Positions 61,376-64,000 of a stretch of DNA of 64,000 nt are shown here, one piece after another. The notes beneath the pieces were generated by a model, which was given only the letters and a program-made list of their open reading frames with translations, did no database searches and was not told the origin of the DNA. How positions within the stretch are numbered: the first letter of the stretch is position 1; each line of letters opens with the position of its first letter. A program made the position numbers and the translations under genes. Source of the DNA: Acidobacteriota bacterium (GTDB lineage Bacteria; Acidobacteriota; Aminicenantia; Aminicenantales; Saccharicenantaceae); NCBI GenBank assembly GCA_028749205.1, contig JAQULR010000006.1:6678-70677 (forward strand). The letters run 5' to 3'.

Positions 61376-64000
61376 TCAGGGATTTCTTATAACGTTATAA
61401 ACTTCCCTCCAGGAGTTTATTTTTAACAAATTTCCACCTATTGGTTGCTCTAATCGCTGGATAGTGGAATCATATTCCTGAATATAAACTTCCCGCTTAG
61501 TCTGTCCAGTTTGAGTTTTTATCCTTTCACCTAAGGTGATGGCAGAACGTGTTTTAGAAGCAAGAGCTAAACTCTCGGCAAAACCTGCTGTAGTCTTAAA
61601 AGCTGTTCCACCAATAATACTTCCACCAACGCTTTGAACAAATCTACCATAAAGTTTTCCAAGTCCAAGCAAATTTTCGCAGGGATCAACACTTTCAATA
61701 CTTCCGGCAAAAGTATTGAAATAAACTATATAATTGGCGATTTGCGGATCAGACCAGATTCTTTCACCGGGGCTTAAATCTCCGACATGTTTTTGATTGG
61801 GTAAATTCAATGTAGCTGGATTGCCCATAAACCACTCGACCCTATCAGCTTGACTGCCTTGGTTACTATCCTGAAGTGCAATAAAAGAGTAGGTAGCTGT
61901 GGTTGGTGCCCTATCGTCTCCGCCGGTTCCAAAATAAATGCGTGGCACAGCTCCCTGGCCGGGCTGGCCGGGAGTATTTAACCAGACAGCTGGTTTACTG
62001 ATAATTGGATAATGGTTGGAATCTTCATAGACTATTTCGGCTGCCCAGCTATTCACGTTTTGCCATTTTTTGCTCACATCAATTTTCCAGATTCTACCAT
62101 CTAAGTCTCCGACATAAACCCGGTCAGCATAGCCATTATTGTCAATATCAGCTATCGAAGGGGAACCAGGAATGGCATTCGGAATGTCCGGGAAGCTGGC
62201 TGAAGTGTCAACATTATTGGCAGCAAAAGACCAGAAAGATGTGCCTGTTTCTATATTTATGGCATAAAAGTTATTACCGACCACTCTATCGGGGTCGTTA
62301 TCATAGCCAGAACCTACAAAGGCTACCCAGGTGTCTGCTCCTTGTACCATTACTTTGCCAATAGCTGGCACAGACCAGGTCTCCCCCAGCCCAGGATCAG
62401 TAAATTCCCATAGGGGCTGTGGCTCTTCTATATCAGTAATATCGAGAGCAAAATAATAATTTAAGCCACCACCGAGACTGCTCCCTTTACCAGGTCCCTG
62501 ACCACAAATTAAAATTGTGTGCCAGTCTCCACCAAAGAAAACGTCAGCTGAAGTTGGTGAGCCGTCAACATAAACATCGCGGTTGAAGTATCTTTGGTTT
62601 GTTGAAGGATTGACTGGCCACATATTTTTTAATTTTGGTAGCAGGTTATATGGAATAAAGGCCCAGAGTTCCTGACCACTGGCTGCATCAAAGCAATGAA
62701 GCATGCCATCATTGGCCCCAACAATAATGACTTTTTGCCTGTCTGAATAGGCTTCTTTGAAATCAGCATAACCCGAGCCCATTATATTTGATTCTCCGTC
62801 AGGGGGACCAACTACTATCGGGTTGGAGTGATTTATATCACCTAATCTCCAGGTCCGGCCTTCACCCCTTATAAAATTTATGAGCCCTTCAGAATCATTA
62901 TTTACATCGCTGAGAATTGGGCCCAGGATAGTCGCATTACTAGTTGAAAAATCAAATCTTTCGAGAACAGAATTTTGAGGAATAGCCGTATAAATCTTGC
63001 GGCTACCTGGGGAATTAGAATTTAATAATTCGGCTGCATCCCAAAGAATATCAACCCCTTCGGCCACTATTTCCCTTCCTGTTGGAGAAGATAAGTCTGA
63101 AATGCTGACTGTCTTCAGAGCCGTTGTAACACTATTTTCTGCAGCCATATTAGTTGTATTATAGGCTCTTAAATGTCCTTCCCAGCCAGGGAAAATAAAC
63201 GAACCGGCAATGATGAGTTTGCTGTCTTCGTTTGCCCCAGCTAATTTGACCTGAGCAGAGACAGTGGAAGTTCTTGAATACTCTCTTCTATCCACGTAGG
63301 TATACTTTATCTCTATTCTATCAATTCTCGGGGTGTCGTTTGAGGTTTCATGATATTCATCATTGGGATTAGGATAGTCATCTTCGGCTTGCATCACAGC
63401 TTTCCATCTCAAATCAGTTCCATAGGTAGTGAAGGTATGAACAGGCAAGTTAGTATAATTTTTAATCTGGCTACCTGAGAACTGAGCATAAAGTTCCCAG
63501 CTAGCTCCTCCATTATTAGAGACATAGTAAGTAACAGCCAAACCTGAAGAACTGCCAATCACTGATTGACTTAATCCTGTAAATTGAACTTTGGTGATGG
63601 AGTAGCGTGTCGGGTCTAAAAGTCCAGAGGTAATGTCTGTTGATTGACCAACGCCTATCAGGTTATATCTATCACTTAAGACATTATCAAAACAATAGTA
63701 AAACTCAGAATGGTTTCCATCAGCCATCATAAAGTCCAGATCCCCATCTCCATCATAATCTAAAGGAAGGCCGAAATCGAAGTCAAAGGCCCCGCATTGT
63801 CTCCGTGAAATGAGGCGAGGACCATTATACAAAAGTTTGGTGCTCGAAACTGGAAAATCTCCGTGGCCATCATTTTTAAAATAAAAGACTTTTCCACCCA
63901 TTTTTGTCCCGGTGTTATAATTTATTCGCCGACTGCCACAATAATAATAGCTTGATGACCCATAGACATATTCAGGAGGGTAAGCTTCCTGGCGATTCCA
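61376..64000 (-). CDS. PilY1-like beta-propeller / FG-GAP repeat surface protein (partial, N-terminus beyond window end)
   Basis: It has the PilY1 hallmark VIIVGANDGMLHCFDAASGQELWAFIP and FG-GAP/VCBS-like DYDGDGDLD and DIDNNGYAD motifs. The frame remains open upstream of the track's first Met (63901) to position 64000 (..WNRQEAYPPEYVYGSSSYYYCGSRRINYNTGTKMGG..), so the gene is truncated by the window. Confidence 0.8.
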   Translation of the reverse strand, partial: WNRQEAYPPEYVYGSSSYYYCGSRRINYNTGTKMGGKVFYFKNDGHGDFPVSSTKLLYNGPRLISRRQCGAFDFDFGLPLDYDGDGDLDFMMADGNHSEFYYCFDNVLSDRYNLIGVGQSTDITSGLLDPTRYSITKVQFTGLSQSVIGSSSGLAVTYYVSNNGGASWELYAQFSGSQIKNYTNLPVHTFTTYGTDLRWKAVMQAEDDYPNPNDEYHETSNDTPRIDRIEIKYTYVDRREYSRTSTVSAQVKLAGANEDSKLIIAGSFIFPGWEGHLRAYNTTNMAAENSVTTALKTVSISDLSSPTGREIVAEGVDILWDAAELLNSNSPGSRKIYTAIPQNSVLERFDFSTSNATILGPILSDVNNDSEGLINFIRGEGRTWRLGDINHSNPIVVGPPDGESNIMGSGYADFKEAYSDRQKVIIVGANDGMLHCFDAASGQELWAFIPYNLLPKLKNMWPVNPSTNQRYFNRDVYVDGSPTSADVFFGGDWHTILICGQGPGKGSSLGGGLNYYFALDITDIEEPQPLWEFTDPGLGETWSVPAIGKVMVQGADTWVAFVGSGYDNDPDRVVGNNFYAINIETGTSFWSFAANNVDTSASFPDIPNAIPGSPSIADIDNNGYADRVYVGDLDGRIWKIDVSKKWQNVNSWAAEIVYEDSNHYPIISKPAVWLNTPGQPGQGAVPRIYFGTGGDDRAPTTATYSFIALQDSNQGSQADRVEWFMGNPATLNLPNQKHVGDLSPGERIWSDPQIANYIVYFNTFAGSIESVDPCENLLGLGKLYGRFVQSVGGSIIGGTAFKTTAGFAESLALASKTRSAITLGERIKTQTGQTKREVYIQEYDSTIQRLEQPIGGNLLKINSWREVYNVIRNP

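Overview
A 64-kb chromosomal segment from an apparently anaerobic, peptide/amino-acid-fermenting bacterium whose taxon cannot be assigned from sequence alone. I support about 57 protein-coding genes and 2 tRNA-Arg genes. I saw no rRNA, CRISPR array, transposase, integrase or phage genes. Recognisable content falls into four groups. (1) Housekeeping: ftsEX, gatB, mutM, fabH, rpmE-prfA-prmC, gltX, rsmD, thiC, queH, speE. (2) Anaerobic energy metabolism: a four-subunit 2-oxoacid:ferredoxin oxidoreductase, YfhL-type ferredoxin, hypF, a membrane HdrD/DsrMK-like Fe-S protein, and a 1403-aa double BcrA/BadF-type activase fusion. (3) A strong proteolysis theme: M14 carboxypeptidase, a prolyl oligopeptidase lipoprotein, M20 peptidase, three amidohydrolase paralogues and hutU. 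(4) Envelope and signalling genes: PilY1-like protein, small beta-barrel OMPs, and a GAF-GGDEF-PilZ cyclase. The most unusual signal is non-coding. A dispersed family of structured repeats (long form about 150-180 nt, short form about 55-65 nt) occurs at least eight times, always intergenic and always on the + strand. Each clear copy ends in a hairpin plus T-run, and three copies bracket one small OMP gene. I do not recognise it as a known RNA family. A separate 28-bp palindrome (ACCTGS.TTATT-N4-AATAAT.CARGT), with half-sites, recurs in intergenic regions. There is also an orphan promoter + structured RNA + terminator unit divergent from the oxidoreductase operon. Protein-level oddities are: a tRNA-adjacent three-domain orphan with a restriction-endonuclease-like C-terminus; amidohydrolase paralogues with degenerate metal sites; a PfkA homologue with altered ATP-site motifs; a Dak2-DegV fusion; and a secreted SNase + tandem-OB operon next to a tRNA. 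All calls rest on reading the sequence and the ORF translations by eye. No database search was run.
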